This document shows, one piece after another, positions 63,106 to 64,000 of a stretch of 64,000 nt of DNA (its first letter is position 1; each line of letters starts with the position of its first letter). The position numbers and the translations under genes are program-made. The notes below the pieces were generated by a model. That model was not told the origin of the DNA, ran no database searches, and saw only the letters and a list, made by a program, of their open reading frames with translations. This stretch comes from Gekko japonicus (Eukaryota). Location of the stretch: positions 79,280 to 143,279 of the forward strand of contig NW_015170276.1 in assembly GCF_001447785.1 (NCBI RefSeq). The letters run 5' to 3'.

Positions 63106-64000
63106 CCTCAGTGGCTGATCATGTGGAACCACATAGTCTGTATGTGGCTTTGGCCTTCTGTGTATATGGCTTATTGTACATGGTAGGCATTATAATATTG
63201 CTTCTTGCATCTTGTGGGTTTGTATTCTGTGCCAAAGCATCCTGCACATTAATTCAGATCAGTGGTGGTGTCTGCAGTGGCCCCCAGTTTTATTTTATTT
63301 CAAATCTAGGTAGAGTAGGCTGTGGTTGGGTTGTGTTAACAGGATGCCAGTTCCTCTTTCTCAGCATGTATTCTACTTATGTGAGAAAGCAGTTTTATCA
63401 ATGCCTGCAGAACCTTTTGAGCAAAAACACAGGGGTCTTGTTGGAGAAGGTCTTGCTGGGCTCCCAACATCTTATCTGTTTTTGTCTCCTTCCTCCCTTT
63501 ATTTATAAAGGCTGGGCGTGGCTAGAGCCCTTGAGCCCAGGGATCTCTGATAATCAGCCTAGTGAAATGGGACCCACCCAGCATGTATTTGCTTTTGCTT
63601 GTTTTGATGATTTAAATTACATTGCTTAATTTGGTTTGGAAATTCTGTAAGCCACTTTGGGTCCCTTGGGAGAAAAGCAACATTAAGAAATACCTTCATA
63701 AATAAATACAGGGCTGTTTGATATTGACAGACTTATGGATGCAGTAGGATGCTGCAGGAATCTTCTCCAGTGCTTGCAACGCAATTACCTGGCAGTCTAG
63801 GTATTGCTTTGATATTAGCTATGTTAAACACGTGAGCTGCAAACTAATTTTGATCAGATATCAAGTAGCAGAGACATGATTTCACTGTGTATCAAAGTAT
63901 GCAGATTTAGGGTTGCTTAACTACAGGTACTGGGATTGCTAAACTGGAGGTACTTGGCAGCTAAAACAAAGATGTGTGGCGGAAGACCATGAGAACTCAT

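Noticed and set aside
63111-63629. 172-aa hydrophobic ORF as a membrane protein exon
   Set aside because: It begins in a SINE tail, T-rich intronic composition explains the hydrophobicity, and no family motif is present.
1-64000. CRISPR arrays, operons or other prokaryotic systems
   Set aside because: The sequence is vertebrate and has no regularly spaced repeat-spacer array.

Overview
This is vertebrate genomic DNA from a squamate reptile, probably a gecko. The evidence is the repeat content: Sauria SINEs, Squam3-like SINEs, and BovB, L2, CR1 and L1 LINEs. The window is ~55 kb of repeat-dense DNA between two CpG-island promoters. The left promoter (~30-790) probably fires leftward. The right one (~56.0-56.9 kb) has a plus-strand first exon ending at a GT donor at 56483. 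No intact protein-coding exon could be recognised. The only host-gene-derived coding sequence is a frameshifted, intronless calmodulin retrocopy (18538-19683) flanked by a 17-bp target-site duplication (TSD) and lacking a poly(A) tail. The most interesting signal is a family of ~1.9-kb L1-derived elements that encode ORF1 only (HAL1-like architecture). Two divergent, full-length, TSD-flanked copies lie at 32309-34222 and 48969-51387, and a 5'UTR-only TSD-flanked copy lies at 10349-10921. All three share the 5' start motif. The two full-length copies also share an ORF1 with an acidic/Ser-rich/basic C-terminal tail and a poly(A) signal, C(UNCG)G-type hairpin and poly(A) 3' end. Nested insertions, an internally deleted BovB, an apparently inverted LINE, and hAT MITEs carrying POU-like motifs are also present. 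Repeat family names come from motif recognition, not from database searches.
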